A stretch of 62,772 bases of DNA, the filler included, from Limisphaerales bacterium (GTDB taxonomy: Bacteria > Verrucomicrobiota > Verrucomicrobiia > Limisphaerales > SIBE01), in assembly GCA_044225505.1 (NCBI GenBank). It is 13 parts of 13 records of this genome, joined end to end, with 100 filler letters (N's around TTAATTAATTAA, not from the genome) between each part and the next. Parts side by side here need not be neighbours in the genome. Positions count along the whole stretch, not along the records: positions 40,375 to 45,107 come from JBGAIN010000313.1; positions 45,208 to 49,668 come from JBGAIN010000314.1; positions 49,769 to 54,191 come from JBGAIN010000315.1; 10 more parts are not named here. One strand, 5' to 3'. Below the pieces are notes generated by a model, which did not search any database, was not told where the DNA came from, and was given only the letters and a program-made list of their open reading frames with translations. Below are positions 43,278 through 52,931 of the stretch, in pieces (the stretch's first letter is position 1; each line of letters opens with the position of its first letter). The position numbers and the translations under genes are program-made.

Positions 43278-43693
43278 AGGATTTGATGAAACTTTGGATG
43301 GTTGATTCATGGGTCCCGTCCACAAACGGTGGCGTTTCCCATCCTCCTATACGCTTTTCCGGCGCGGAAACGGTCATCCGCCAAGTGAATTCTGATCACG
43401 GTGTCCGATCAAGTATGCAGCATACATCTTCGGAACGAGTCACAACGTGAACCTTTGGCATGGGAGAGCATTCCCGACAACGATTGCCGCGTGGATTGTT
43501 CAGCTGAAAGATGGCACTTCTCTGACGGCGCAGGTTCATCCGCCAGGCGCAGAAGCTTCCAGTTGGATGGCTGGGGTGGCTGGTCACCGCGCCCGGCGTT
43601 GAGGGTGTATGTCAGACTTAAAACGCCCCAGCGATAACGCAACGGGGCCGAGCGTCAACGTCGTTCTGGTCAGGCCGAACGGGAGAGAGATGC

Positions 43694-43816
43694 TCATAAC
43701 AATCGCGCGGAGCAGAAACGCCGCTACGGCCTTACTATTCGCGGGCTCGGGGTATATTGCGTGGCTGACCGGCGGTCAGGCCTTCCAGCGTCGGTCGCTC
43801 ACCCTCATTGTTGGCG
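43694..43816 (+). other. Degenerate attC-like site
   Basis: TCATAAC...TTCCAGCGTCGGTCGCTCACCCTCATT-GTTGGCG; 3' half resembles array sites (TTCCAGCGCCAGTCGCTC...GTT); 123 bp. Confidence 0.5.
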
Positions 43817-43871
43817 CAAAACGGGTGTCGGCGTCGTGATCATAATCGTAATCGTAATCGAAGGCTGGTGC

Positions 43872-43972
43872 GTGGGATTTGGTCACGAGCGGTTGGACGT
43901 GCACCGCTCTGCCATCGCTGACGTGGGCTGGGTCCATCCAGGAACGATACCGATACCGATTCCGACCCCGAA
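43872..43972 (+). pseudogene. Internally deleted four-helix-bundle (IVS-type) gene relic
   Basis: GFGHERLDVHRSAI..VGW resembles four-helix-bundle N-termini; joined to GATACCGATACCGATTCCGACCCCGA (DTDTDSDP-type tail). Confidence 0.55.
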
Positions 43973-44014
43973 GGAAGCATGCAGCCGGCAAATCGCCAAC
44001 CAGGCACTGTCCTT

Positions 44015-44104
44015 CATAATCATAATCATAATCATAATCGTAATCGTAATCGTAATCGTAATCGTAATCGTAATCGTAATCGTAATCGTAATCGTAATCG
44101 TAAT
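44015..44104 (-). repeat. Hexamer array, (CATAAT)4(CGTAAT)11 on +, i.e. (GATTAC)n on -
   Basis: Read directly; minus-strand flank GCGGACGAAGGTG matches the sequence preceding the array in copy B. Confidence 0.95.
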
Positions 44105-44964
44105 CCGTATTCTTCCCACCACCTTCGTCCGCTGCGTATCCCCCAACGCGGACCGTCACGATCTTCCGGCACGGCCGGCCCAGGAAGGTATTCAGCTTTG
44201 CCCCAACGCGCGTCGTGGGGGCGCAGGAATCCTCATTTTACGGAGCGCGACTGTGTCCGCAGGACCAGTCGCAGATTTCGATTTTCGTAAGCCATTAATC
44301 TACCGGGACTTTCTGTGACGCAGCCCCGGTCCGCGGATGTCGTGGGAATTGCTGATGTTGGCGCCGCCGAATCCAGGAGCCATTTGCTCCAGGTATACGA
44401 TATACTGGCTGATGCTATCGGGACGAGTTTTCGGTCGGATCGCCTGACTACTCCGTGCTGCTTTTAGGAGGCCCTGTCCGTTATCCATTGGGCAGCTAGT
44501 CCCATTAGATCCAGCCAGCACGACATTCCGTGGAGCTGCGGGGACGACCCTCGCGGGTTACGTTGTGGGGATTACCCCGGCTCTTCCAGGAGTGCCCGCG
44601 GGAGGTGATGCCACGGTGCTCATGCGTTTGATTGGACCGAACGGGTTCTCTGAGAATTACGAACATATCAAATTCGTGTCTTGGCGGTGGGACGGCGACG
44701 CCGCCGAATCTGCAACTTGGGACCAGCCCGCTTGTCTGCTTCCCCGAGCCATCGCCATTCCTCCCTGGAGGCGTCGGGCTCGCTGTGGTGGCCGCTTTCG
44801 CGCTGGGCTTGTCCTCAGAATCACCAATGACACAAAGCCATCGTCATCGGCGGCTGATGGGGGTTGCTGTGATGCGCCGGTCTCCAGCGAAGACTCCGGA
44901 AATCCGGTAGTTGCCAAGTATCGAAGGTCAGGACGCAAATTGAGCCTGCCCGCCGGCGAAGAAA

Positions 44965-45107
44965 GGAGCGCGGGATTTATCCTGATGCCATTCGGTAATT
45001 GCTCTCTGGTGGCGGATGGGGCAATCCGAGGAAGACAGCTCGGCGTTTAACGCCGAGGGCGAATGGGCGCGATTCCAAGTCCCGACGGGACGGCCGAGGA
45101 CGGGCAT
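44965..45107 (+). mobile_element. MITE-like element left end, diverged copy
   Basis: GGGATTTATCC-TGATGCCATTCGGTAATT...GCTCGGCGTTTAACGCCGAG...GTCCCGACGGGAC. Confidence 0.65.
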
Positions 45108-45207
45108 NNNNNNNNNNNNNNNNNNNNNNNNNNNNNNNNNNNNNNNNNNNNTTAATTAATTAANNNNNNNNNNNNNNNNNNNNNNNNNNNNNNNNNNNNN
45201 NNNNNNN

Positions 45208-46213
45208 GGTTGCCAAAGGTGTCGGTCTTGTAGGAAAAGAAATCTCCCGGGCCCGTGACGCTCTTAAGAGTGACCGTCACGCGATTGTCTACGAAAGCGC
45301 CCTCGGGAATGTCATCACCGCCGTAGCCAAGGTAAAGCAAATCTTCGTTTTGCGTTTGTGGCAGAAGCCAGATGGCCGAGCCGGAGGCCCCCAAAAAGCT
45401 GAACTTTGAGTCGGCTGGCACGGTCGTTTTGGCTCCGGGTTTGACTCGCAGCACGACTTCGCTCGCCGCCAATTCCTGACCGGTTGCGTCCTGGCCAGCG
45501 TGCAGGTTCCAGGCGCCGGTGGCGTCGTCGTACTCCAGAGCCAGATCCGTGTGTCCAGTGGACCACACCGTTGGAGTGGTCACAGAGAAGGTGAAGGCTA
45601 TTGGACCGCTGGACGTTGGCTTGTTCCCGGCGACCAATGTGCCCGATGCTTCAAGGACCACGGTGTAAGTGCCTGCCGCCGTGAAAGCCCAGTTCAGGTG
45701 CGCGTCGCCGCCCGCTTGCACCGTCGCCGAGTCAGCGGCGGTGATCCCATCTCTCGTGTTGAAATAGACGACCGGATTGCCGAAAGTGTCCGTCTTATAA
45801 GAAAAGAAATCCCCCGGACCTTCCACACTTTTCAGTGTAACCGTCACCGCGTCTCCGGTGAAAACTCCGGCTGGAATTCCGTCGCCGCCATAGCCCAGGT
45901 AAAGCAGTTCTTCGTTTTGGGTTTGAGGCAGGACCCAGACAATCGTTCCCGCTCTGCCCAGGAAGCTGAACTTGGGATCGGCCGGAATGGGTGACCGGGC
46001 CAGCGCCGCGACATGCAAGACGACGTTGCTGGCCGCATACTCGGTATCGAACGTATCGGATCCAACGTGGAGATCCCAAACGTTGTTGGTGCTGTTGTAA
46101 TCCAGTGCCAGGTCGGTATGGCCCACCGACAAGACGTTTGACTGAGCACGCGCGCACAGGCCAAACAAAACCAGCAAGTTGCATAGTAAGAGCAGTCTGA
46201 TTTTCGAATTCAT
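45208..46213 (-). CDS. Exported choice-of-anchor M / TIGR03769-type repeat protein (3'-truncated)
   Basis: Signal peptide and two repeats of GHTDL...WxLPQTQ...LGYG...GPGDF; AHLNWAFT..GTY. Confidence 0.8.
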
Positions 46214-46275
46214 AAGGACTTAAATTTTTGTCAGGTTAGCTTCAGAAAGTTGGGGATTGTTTCGCGTTCGGAAGT

Positions 46276-46989
46276 TTAGTCGGGCGGCCGGGCGATGTCC
46301 TCGCCAGCGTCAACCCGTTTTTTAAGAGCGGCGGCCTGGATCACGCCAACATGGCCGTCGGCGTATAGATAGTTTGCCGAGCCTGCCGTATGAGTGATAT
46401 TTGTGCGTCCAGTTCGGTGGCGGTCCGGTTCAATGTCGAACAGGACCTCGTTCCAGCCCTTAAACCAGTTTCGGGAGTGTGTGTGATCGGTAGTGATATT
46501 GGCACTGTAGCTGTCGGCGCATTCGAAGACCGTGATCGTGGAAGCCGGATTCTTGAGCCGGTCGAGGTTGCGGTAGGTTTCAATGATACCACCGAATGGA
46601 TCCAGTTTATCCACCGATGTGTATTCGTTCATGGGATAGCTGCTGGCATTATTGGTCAGCCGTTGCGGTGCTTTGGGGTCCGCTGGACAGATCCGGATCG
46701 CGTCCACATTGGCGATGTACGGCTTGAGCGTATAAATCCAGGAGTAATTGGTCGGGTTGCCGTGCGTCGTTTCAGGCAACCAACCACTGTTTTCGTCGGC
46801 ATACATGGTTAACGCGATGCCGAGTTGATGCAGGTTCGAGGTGCATTTGATTTGCTTCGCCTTGCTTTTGGCCGAAGACAAGGCTGGCAAAAGCAAACCG
46901 GCCAGAATGGCGATAATCGCAATCACTACCAAAAGCTCTATCAACGTGAATGCGATCACATCGCGGCGTGGGGCTGTCGCTAATTTCAT
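46276..46989 (-). CDS. Prepilin-type cleavage/methylation protein with C-terminal H-X9-DG domain
   Basis: [23 protein letters not shown]...; [14 protein letters not shown]. Confidence 0.9.
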   Translation of the reverse strand: MKLATAPRRDVIAFTLIELLVVIAIIAILAGLLLPALSSAKSKAKQIKCTSNLHQLGIALTMYADENSGWLPETTHGNPTNYSWIYTLKPYIANVDAIRICPADPKAPQRLTNNASSYPMNEYTSVDKLDPFGGIIETYRNLDRLKNPASTITVFECADSYSANITTDHTHSRNWFKGWNEVLFDIEPDRHRTGRTNITHTAGSANYLYADGHVGVIQAAALKKRVDAGEDIARPPD

Positions 46990-47161
46990 AAATGGCTTTC
47001 CCGCACCCAGCATACTCAGGATGCTGAATACGTGATTCAGCCCGACCAAGCGGGCTGGTTAAATCGAATTGGAGAACGAATTGCGGGTCTATTAGACCCA
47101 ACCGAAAAACACCGCGTCTCGGCGCAGTGCGTTCAGAGAAGGAAGGCCGGACGAATTGGCC

Positions 47162-47491
47162 TTAGAGGAGAAGCAATGGCGGAGCCCGCTCGGGTAGAAG
47201 TCGGTAATCTGCTTCCACCAAAACAAGGGTCACTCCAGCGAGCGCGATTGACCAGCTCAGGTTGGGAACAGAAACCAACGGTTGATCGGGAGCGGAGTAG
47301 ACATGACCCTGAGAGACACTGGTGACAGCGCACTGATGTCCAGGTGAAGCGGCGTCCGAATGCAGCCAGGAATGAAGGCTTACAGAAGCACCGAAGACTT
47401 GAAGAGTGAGCCACACTCCCAGCGACAGAAGCGCGATCACCAGCTTCTGGCGTTTTGCACGCAACTGCCAAGATCCCTGCGGCTTCTTCAC
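47162..47491 (-). CDS. His/Cys-rich small membrane protein ending in RAPP (DUF2946-like leader)
   Basis: TM helix, LHSWLH...HQC...H, C-terminal ERAPP. Confidence 0.7.
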   Translation of the reverse strand: MKKPQGSWQLRAKRQKLVIALLSLGVWLTLQVFGASVSLHSWLHSDAASPGHQCAVTSVSQGHVYSAPDQPLVSVPNLSWSIALAGVTLVLVEADYRLLPERAPPLLLL

Positions 47492-47881
47492 ATCAGAAGT
47501 ATTAAACCAGAGTTGGGCTTCGAATGCAAGGAATTAGTAGTTCCCAAACGGTTGTCGACTCTTGAGGGGCGGAAATCCGTATACCGGCAGATGTGTCGTG
47601 CGCGCTCCGACTCGCGCGCCCCAGTCATATGGTGTCCGCGTCCAACCTGTGCCAGCAGAGGCTTTGAAGTCGAGATGATAGATCGGAGGCGCGCTTCGGC
47701 ATGGCGAACTGTCTGGCGATGCCGTAGCGTGTGACTGGACGCCGATTTGCTGCAATATTTGGTCAGGGAGCGGGACAGACGGGTTCCAAACGCTTACGTC
47801 GCTTTTTAACGCGTCGGATCTATCGCCGCGCTGCTCGTCCGGTTCTTTCGTTATCGCTGTGTTCATCAGAGGGAGCCGTGC

Positions 47882-48090
47882 GGTCATCTAAAGAGTTGAC
47901 ATGTTCTGCTGGAGATCCGCGGCCAAGCGTTGGCGCTTCAGATCATCGGGCGGCGCCTGCGCAAATCGCTTCACCGCCTGGGCTGCCGCCTGTTACTTGA
48001 CCCCCACCTCTGGCACCACTTCCGCCAAACGCAGGCCTCCATACCGCGTCGCCACTGACATCACCGCATCGCGCATCCAGTCCCCACCGG
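47882..48090 (-). pseudogene. Transposase-like (RAYT-type) C-terminal HTH relic
   Basis: GDWMRDAVMSVATRYGGLRLAEVVPEVGVK*QAAAQAVKRF...MSTL*, homologous to the relic at 6460-6640. Confidence 0.55.
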
Positions 48091-48528
48091 CCCTCCCTCC
48101 CACCGTCCAGCCTCACGCTCGAACTTTAAATCGCAGCGCTACAGGAATATTTCCACGCTCGGTTTGCTTGCTTTGATCGAACGCAATCTCTCGGCGATTG
48201 AAGCTGCATTCGAGAGCCAGACCTTGGTGGAGATCGACCGCTTTGCAGTCACTCCAGTTGCCTAGGCGGTGGCACCCAAAACGGCATCGCGACCCAATTC
48301 CGGCGCATCTGCAGTGAGGCGCCTAGTTGGCACGGGTCTTCGCGCTCCCGGTGCCTTAGAGCGTGTTCCGCGGTCGCTCAGTAAGGATAGCTTCGGATTG
48401 ACTTGCAGGTTGCGCCGTCAGTGAGTCGCTTTTGTGTTTTCTGTCCAGCTCGCCTGGCCGATGGACAACAGAGCGCACGACTCCTTGCCGGAGGCGATCG
48501 CCCCCTCAAAATCACAGAGAGGAAAAGT

Positions 48529-48605
48529 TGGTGGGGGCGGTGCGATTTGAACGCACGACCTTCTGAACCCCATTCAGACGCGCTACCAAGCTACGCTACG
48601 CCCCG
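48529..48605 (-). tRNA. tRNA-Pro(GGG)
   Basis: CGGGGCG acceptor 5' strand, D-arm, TCTGA-ATGGGGT-TCAGA anticodon arm, GTTCAAATC T-loop, encoded CCA; 77 nt. Confidence 0.95.
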
Positions 48606-48897
48606 ACCTGGAACGCAGGAGAACCTGCGTTACTCAATACTAGGTGGGGGCTGGGCGAATTCAACCCTTTTCACGCGATGACTGGCACTTTGTTTGGACA
48701 GAACCGAGGGAACCAACGGGAGGATCGCACAGGTGTTGCAAAACCAGCTGACACACCGGTGCTCATGGCCAGTCTGATTCCGTCGCAACACCTTGCATTT
48801 AAGGTGTTCACTATTAGGGGCAAGCAACGTTTCCGCCTGAGCTCCTGAAATCGGCGCCCTTCGTGGACGGCCCCGGAGGAGTGGAGTATCGTGGGGT

Positions 48898-49668
48898 ATG
48901 ATCGCCACAACAGAAAAGCGACATGCCCAAGGAACGACACCGATGTTGGCAGGAACAAAGCGCTACACCGGCGAGGTCGTCTATATCTACGCGTTCGATT
49001 TGGCTTATGATATGAGCCGCACGCCAGTCGAACGCCTGCTCGGGGAGCCTTTGGTCCAGTTCTGTGTGGATGCAGGAAAGAGAATCCCGAAGCACCTGGC
49101 ATTTTACCGACCTCAAATGGTTCGTTTGCCTTCGAGGGATCATGTAGGCCCGCACGGTCAAGTGAAGGTGGAAACTGTCATCAAGCTTCTGCCAATTGGG
49201 GCGATCAGCATCACCGTTCGGGTGCCGTTTGCTGTTCCTCACGTCGAAGACCTAGTTGCTTATCATGATCTGCAGCTGAATGGGACAGCGCTGCACGATG
49301 AGGTGAAAGAACTAGCAGAGCAGGTGAGACGGGAGTTGACGCCTTATTTCGTGAGGCCGGTGCAACAGTTAAGCGAAGAGGAAGCCTATACCGTTTTTTG
49401 CATTGAGGCGCCGGTAACGGATCGCGAGCGCGCGCACATGAAAGCGGAAGCTTGGCTGAAATCGCACCGACGCCAAGTTGCCGCGTTACTGACGCAGGAG
49501 AACGATATCGACCGGCTTTCCGAGCAAGAAGCTGAGGAATCGACAACCCGGTATCTAAGCTACTATGAAGACGACTTGGTAGTCGTGGACTGGGATGCAG
49601 CACTCGTGATCGATGATCGGGATCATTTTGAGGAAACTCTTTACGTCATGGAATTGGCGAACCTGCAG
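48898..49668 (+). CDS. Conserved hypothetical protein, RMD1/CorA-like (3'-truncated)
   Basis: YAFDLA, GAISI, SYYEDDLVVVDWDAA and ELANLQ. Confidence 0.65.
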
Positions 49669-49768
49669 NNNNNNNNNNNNNNNNNNNNNNNNNNNNNNNN
49701 NNNNNNNNNNNNTTAATTAATTAANNNNNNNNNNNNNNNNNNNNNNNNNNNNNNNNNNNNNNNNNNNN

Positions 49769-50222
49769 GCTGAAGCCGACCGGAGATCTTCGATAACGCT
49801 CTCCAATCCACCTCGTCCACATCTCCATCAGCTCGCTGTCGCGCTCCTGCCTCGCTCCAGTGTCCATAGTGCGAGTCCGTGATAAAACCATCACCCCGGC
49901 CTCCGAAGTAGAGTTGGATGAGGCCCACTCCGGAGATCCGCCATCGAAAGCTGTGGCCAGCAATCTTGAGGGCAATCCGCTCCAAACCCATGTCACGCAT
50001 GACGCTGGCGGACCAAAGCTGCAGAAGAACCGCGTGCCCACCTCCATGCGGGTCGTAACCAAGTTGAAACCCCTCGGCCAACTCTTCGAAAGAGTGAAAC
50101 TCGCGCAACTCCTCGTCATACCGGGAATAGGACTCAAAAATCCTGGCGTCGGTCTCATCGAGGATGAAGTGCACCAGGTCGCGGATATCGTCTTCTAGAG
50201 CGTAAAAATCTAAGGACGCCAT
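49769..50222 (-). CDS. Cassette ORF, hypothetical (3'-truncated)
   Basis: ATG ~24 nt after the GTTAAAC core; MASLDFYALE..., GLIQLYFGG. Confidence 0.75.
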
Positions 50223-50245
50223 GAACCTGCTGCTGCCGTTTAGCG

Positions 50246-50371
50246 GTTTAACAGTAAGCCGAACGACTGCCGCTGACAACGCCAGCCTCGCAACGCCCAG
50301 CAGGTTGGGATTTTGCCAGCGTCTTCGACCCGAGGCGAGCCGCGGTAGCTCGTTCCGGCGACTGGTTAAGC
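50246..50371 (-). other. attC site (126 bp)
   Basis: R'' GCTTAAC-5nt-L'' GCCGGAAC ... L' GTTCGGC-5nt-R' GTTAAAC; the upstream stop TAA lies inside R''. Confidence 0.88.
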
Positions 50372-50764
50372 CGTTGCTGCTTTCTCAAATCCATACTGAG
50401 AAATAAGAATGGCTGCTGCCTGGTCCAAGCAGTGCTGCTCCGAACCCAAAGGCTTGCGGTCGTCTCTCGCCACCTCCCAAAGCCGAAATCCCATGCAGCG
50501 ACTGCAATGCAAAATCCACTCAGAAACTCCGTCTACCGTCCGCACCGGAATCAACTCCAGCAAATACTTGCGAGAGTCCGCGCCGAAAATATGAAAGCAC
50601 CAACCATGTGAATCCTGAATCAAATTCGAGCACACAGTCTCAGCCCGTGCCATCATCTCACGAAGGTCTGACATCACCTGCTTGCCCGGCAACTCGGCTG
50701 CATCCTCAAGATCAATATCTGGGTCGAACAACATCTTTCGGTGGATGAGATCCTTCGCAGTCAT
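50366..50764 (-). CDS. Cassette ORF, hypothetical
   Basis: Starts 8 nt after the GTTAAGC core and stops in the next inverse core. Confidence 0.7.
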   Translation of the reverse strand: MTAKDLIHRKMLFDPDIDLEDAAELPGKQVMSDLREMMARAETVCSNLIQDSHGWCFHIFGADSRKYLLELIPVRTVDGVSEWILHCSRCMGFRLWEVARDDRKPLGSEQHCLDQAAAILISQYGFEKAATA

Positions 50765-50772
50765 CAGTGCCG

Positions 50773-50898
50773 GCTTAACAGAAAACTGAGCGACTGGCGC
50801 TGGAAAGGCAAGCCCGAGCGCGAATGAGCGGATCAAACTTGCCGCTGCCGTGAAACGGATTGGTGCTGCGCCAGCTCGTCTCCTGTGTCTGGTTCGCC
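50773..50898 (-). other. attC site (126 bp)
   Basis: GGCGAAC...CGAGCTGGCGC / GCGCCAGTCG...GTTAAGC. Confidence 0.85.
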
Positions 50899-50899
50899 C

Positions 50900-51277
50900 T
50901 CACACGACCTCCATAATGGCGGCGATCTTTGATTTCTGGAGCCCCGAAGCAAGCCTGAGCCACTCCTCAAGATCGTGCCCGTGTGGCCACACTCCACCCG
51001 AAGCGCCGTGGGTTTTCAGGAGTTTTACGAACGGAAGATGGCCCTTATGTGCGGCAAGCGAGAGAGCAGTCTCACCGAAGTTGTTGAGCGCCCCGAGGTC
51101 TGCACCACGTTCAAGCAGCAAGGAGCCGATCTTTGTATTGCCTTCAAGCGCCGCGAGCATAAGCAGCGTCCAGCCGAGCCGGTTCGATGCATTCGGGTCG
51201 ATACCGGTCGGGATTGCCTCTTCAAGAGCGGCCATTTGCCCGCGCTTTATTAACCGATGTGCTTGCGCGAAGGTCAT
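50900..51277 (-). CDS. Cassette ORF, ankyrin-repeat protein
   Basis: GWTLLMLAALEGN..LLLERGAD; GETALSLAAHKGH. Confidence 0.88.
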   Translation of the reverse strand: MTFAQAHRLIKRGQMAALEEAIPTGIDPNASNRLGWTLLMLAALEGNTKIGSLLLERGADLGALNNFGETALSLAAHKGHLPFVKLLKTHGASGGVWPHGHDLEEWLRLASGLQKSKIAAIMEVV

Positions 51278-51280
51278 CTT

Positions 51281-51376
51281 GGCGAACGACCAAGAGCAAC
51301 GACGAGCGGCAGTCTGCGTTGCTCAAATTCAATGTTGATGTTCCCGCCGCTCATTCGTTGCCTCGACTTGTTCGGC
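51281..51376 (-). other. attC site (96 bp)
   Basis: GCCGAAC-5nt-GAGGCAAC ... GTTGCTC-6nt-GTTCGCC. Confidence 0.85.
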
Positions 51377-51402
51377 GTCCTCATGCCACTTAGGCAAACT
51401 CG

Positions 51403-52095
51403 TCAGCGTCTATGACGGCGTGCCACCGAGACGATCAGCAGTCCCAAACCAATTACAAGCAAGCCGATCACCGGCGGTTCCGGTATAAAATAAATCCCAT
51501 CGACTTTGGCATGTCCGCTGAACGGGATAGGGGTGAATACAACCCGCAACTCCACGTTCTTGCCAGCAAATTCCTCAATCGGAATCGCCACTAATCCGGC
51601 GAATCCGGGAGCGTAGGGATTCTCAGGCCAAACCCAAGCCACTGGCGGCGACTTTCCGTCCAGTGTTACTCCGATATTATTCGCAAAGCCTTGCACGACC
51701 ATAGCAGTCGCGTTCGCGGGCACATCTCCTCGTTGAACGAGGGAGAAGGATTCCGGCCAATCCTTAGCCAGAAGGGAGAAATGGCCGAGCATTTGGAAAA
51801 CGGTGCCTGCGTCTGGATCAAACGCAGGCTCAATTACCGAAAGTGCCGAGAGAGGCTGATTAAACGGAATTTGGGTCAACGGAGAGTCGGTCGAGTCCAC
51901 TACGTGCCAACCCGGGAGCAGGTCGTTTACCGACCCGCTAGTGATGCCAGTTGTCGGATCATAACTAAGGCGAGTCGTGTTGGCGTTCTCAAAAAGCAGA
52001 TTCTCGAATGGAGCTGCATGGCATTGAAAAGCGGCTACTAAGGCCGCTAGCAGAAAGCTGTGATCATGGGTCGCCAGGTGATCTCTAATGCGCAT
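51403..52095 (-). CDS. Cassette ORF, PEP-CTERM exported protein (alternative start 52149)
   Basis: Signal peptide; C-terminal IPEP + hydrophobic helix + RRHRR. Confidence 0.8.
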   Translation of the reverse strand: MRIRDHLATHDHSFLLAALVAAFQCHAAPFENLLFENANTTRLSYDPTTGITSGSVNDLLPGWHVVDSTDSPLTQIPFNQPLSALSVIEPAFDPDAGTVFQMLGHFSLLAKDWPESFSLVQRGDVPANATAMVVQGFANNIGVTLDGKSPPVAWVWPENPYAPGFAGLVAIPIEEFAGKNVELRVVFTPIPFSGHAKVDGIYFIPEPPVIGLLVIGLGLLIVSVARRHRR

Positions 52096-52156
52096 AAGAT
52101 ATCCAACTCGAGCTGCTGAGGGCCGCCGCATTTGTGCAGGTTTACTCATTCCTTTT

Positions 52157-52282
52157 GCCGAACACCAACTTGAGCGACTGCCGCTGTAAACACAAGTTAC
52201 GACCTGAAGAAAGCTGCCGAATTCCCTGAGGCCTTCGACGCAAAGCGGGCGGCGGCAGCTCGTCTCTAAGGTCGGGTTAGCC
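52157..52282 (-). other. attC site (126 bp)
   Basis: GGCTAAC...CGAGCTGCCGC / GCGGCAGTCG...GTTCGGC. Confidence 0.85.
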
Positions 52283-52298
52283 AATTTTGCTCCCACAC

Positions 52299-52697
52299 TC
52301 ATGTTTCCAAATTCTGCACCGCCTGTTTTATCGCTTCGGTGAACTCCTTAATCTCGTTGCCGGCGAGCACGAAGTCCACCAATTGACCCTGTCCGTGGGC
52401 TCTGAGAAAGAACCTATCACCAAACTCATCGTCCTTGATAAAGCGCACTGGCGCGTTATGAAACGTTCCGGCAATGAGCTCGGAAAACTCCAACGCCCCT
52501 GTTTTCAGCCGTAGGAACGAATGGATTTGCTCCACGGTGCCACGTTCCGACAACTTGAATCGGAATTGCCACATCGGCGTGCGAATGGCCAACTGAATGT
52601 CGCATGGATCCTCGAAATTCTCATCAACGTCGACATCGAAACGGCCCGCACTTCCAACCGCCGCCAAACCGTAATTCTTCGTTTGATTGACTGACAT
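52299..52697 (-). CDS. Cassette ORF, hypothetical
   Basis: 132-aa ORF filling the space between two attC sites. Confidence 0.75.
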   Translation of the reverse strand: MSVNQTKNYGLAAVGSAGRFDVDVDENFEDPCDIQLAIRTPMWQFRFKLSERGTVEQIHSFLRLKTGALEFSELIAGTFHNAPVRFIKDDEFGDRFFLRAHGQGQLVDFVLAGNEIKEFTEAIKQAVQNLET

Positions 52698-52716
52698 AGC
52701 GACGCGTGGCGTCGAC

Positions 52717-52845
52717 GGCTAACGATGAGCTGACCGACAGCCGCCGACAAACCGAATTCGGGAGGAGACACTCTGGCATCCGACAACCGGAGCGCCTAGG
52801 CAAATGCTTCGACTAGCGGTTGTTCGGTCCAACGATTGGTTCGTC
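52717..52845 (-). other. attC site (129 bp)
   Basis: GACGAAC-5nt-GTTGGACC ... GGTCAGC-5nt-GTTAGCC. Confidence 0.85.
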
Positions 52846-52931
52846 GCTTTCCTCATTTCTTCCCACTTGTGCAAGGCGGACCGAAATCAAGCCGTCCGTT
52901 GCCGCGCAGCAACCAACAGAGCGCCCAAAGA

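Noticed and set aside
43872..43972. Diversity-generating retroelement inferred from the Avd-related fold
   Set aside because: No reverse transcriptase or TR/VR pair with adenine-specific mismatches is seen.
48731..48793. 9-bp inverted repeat AGGTGTTGC/GCAACACCT near the tRNA
   Set aside because: Single short instance, insufficient to call a MITE or operator.
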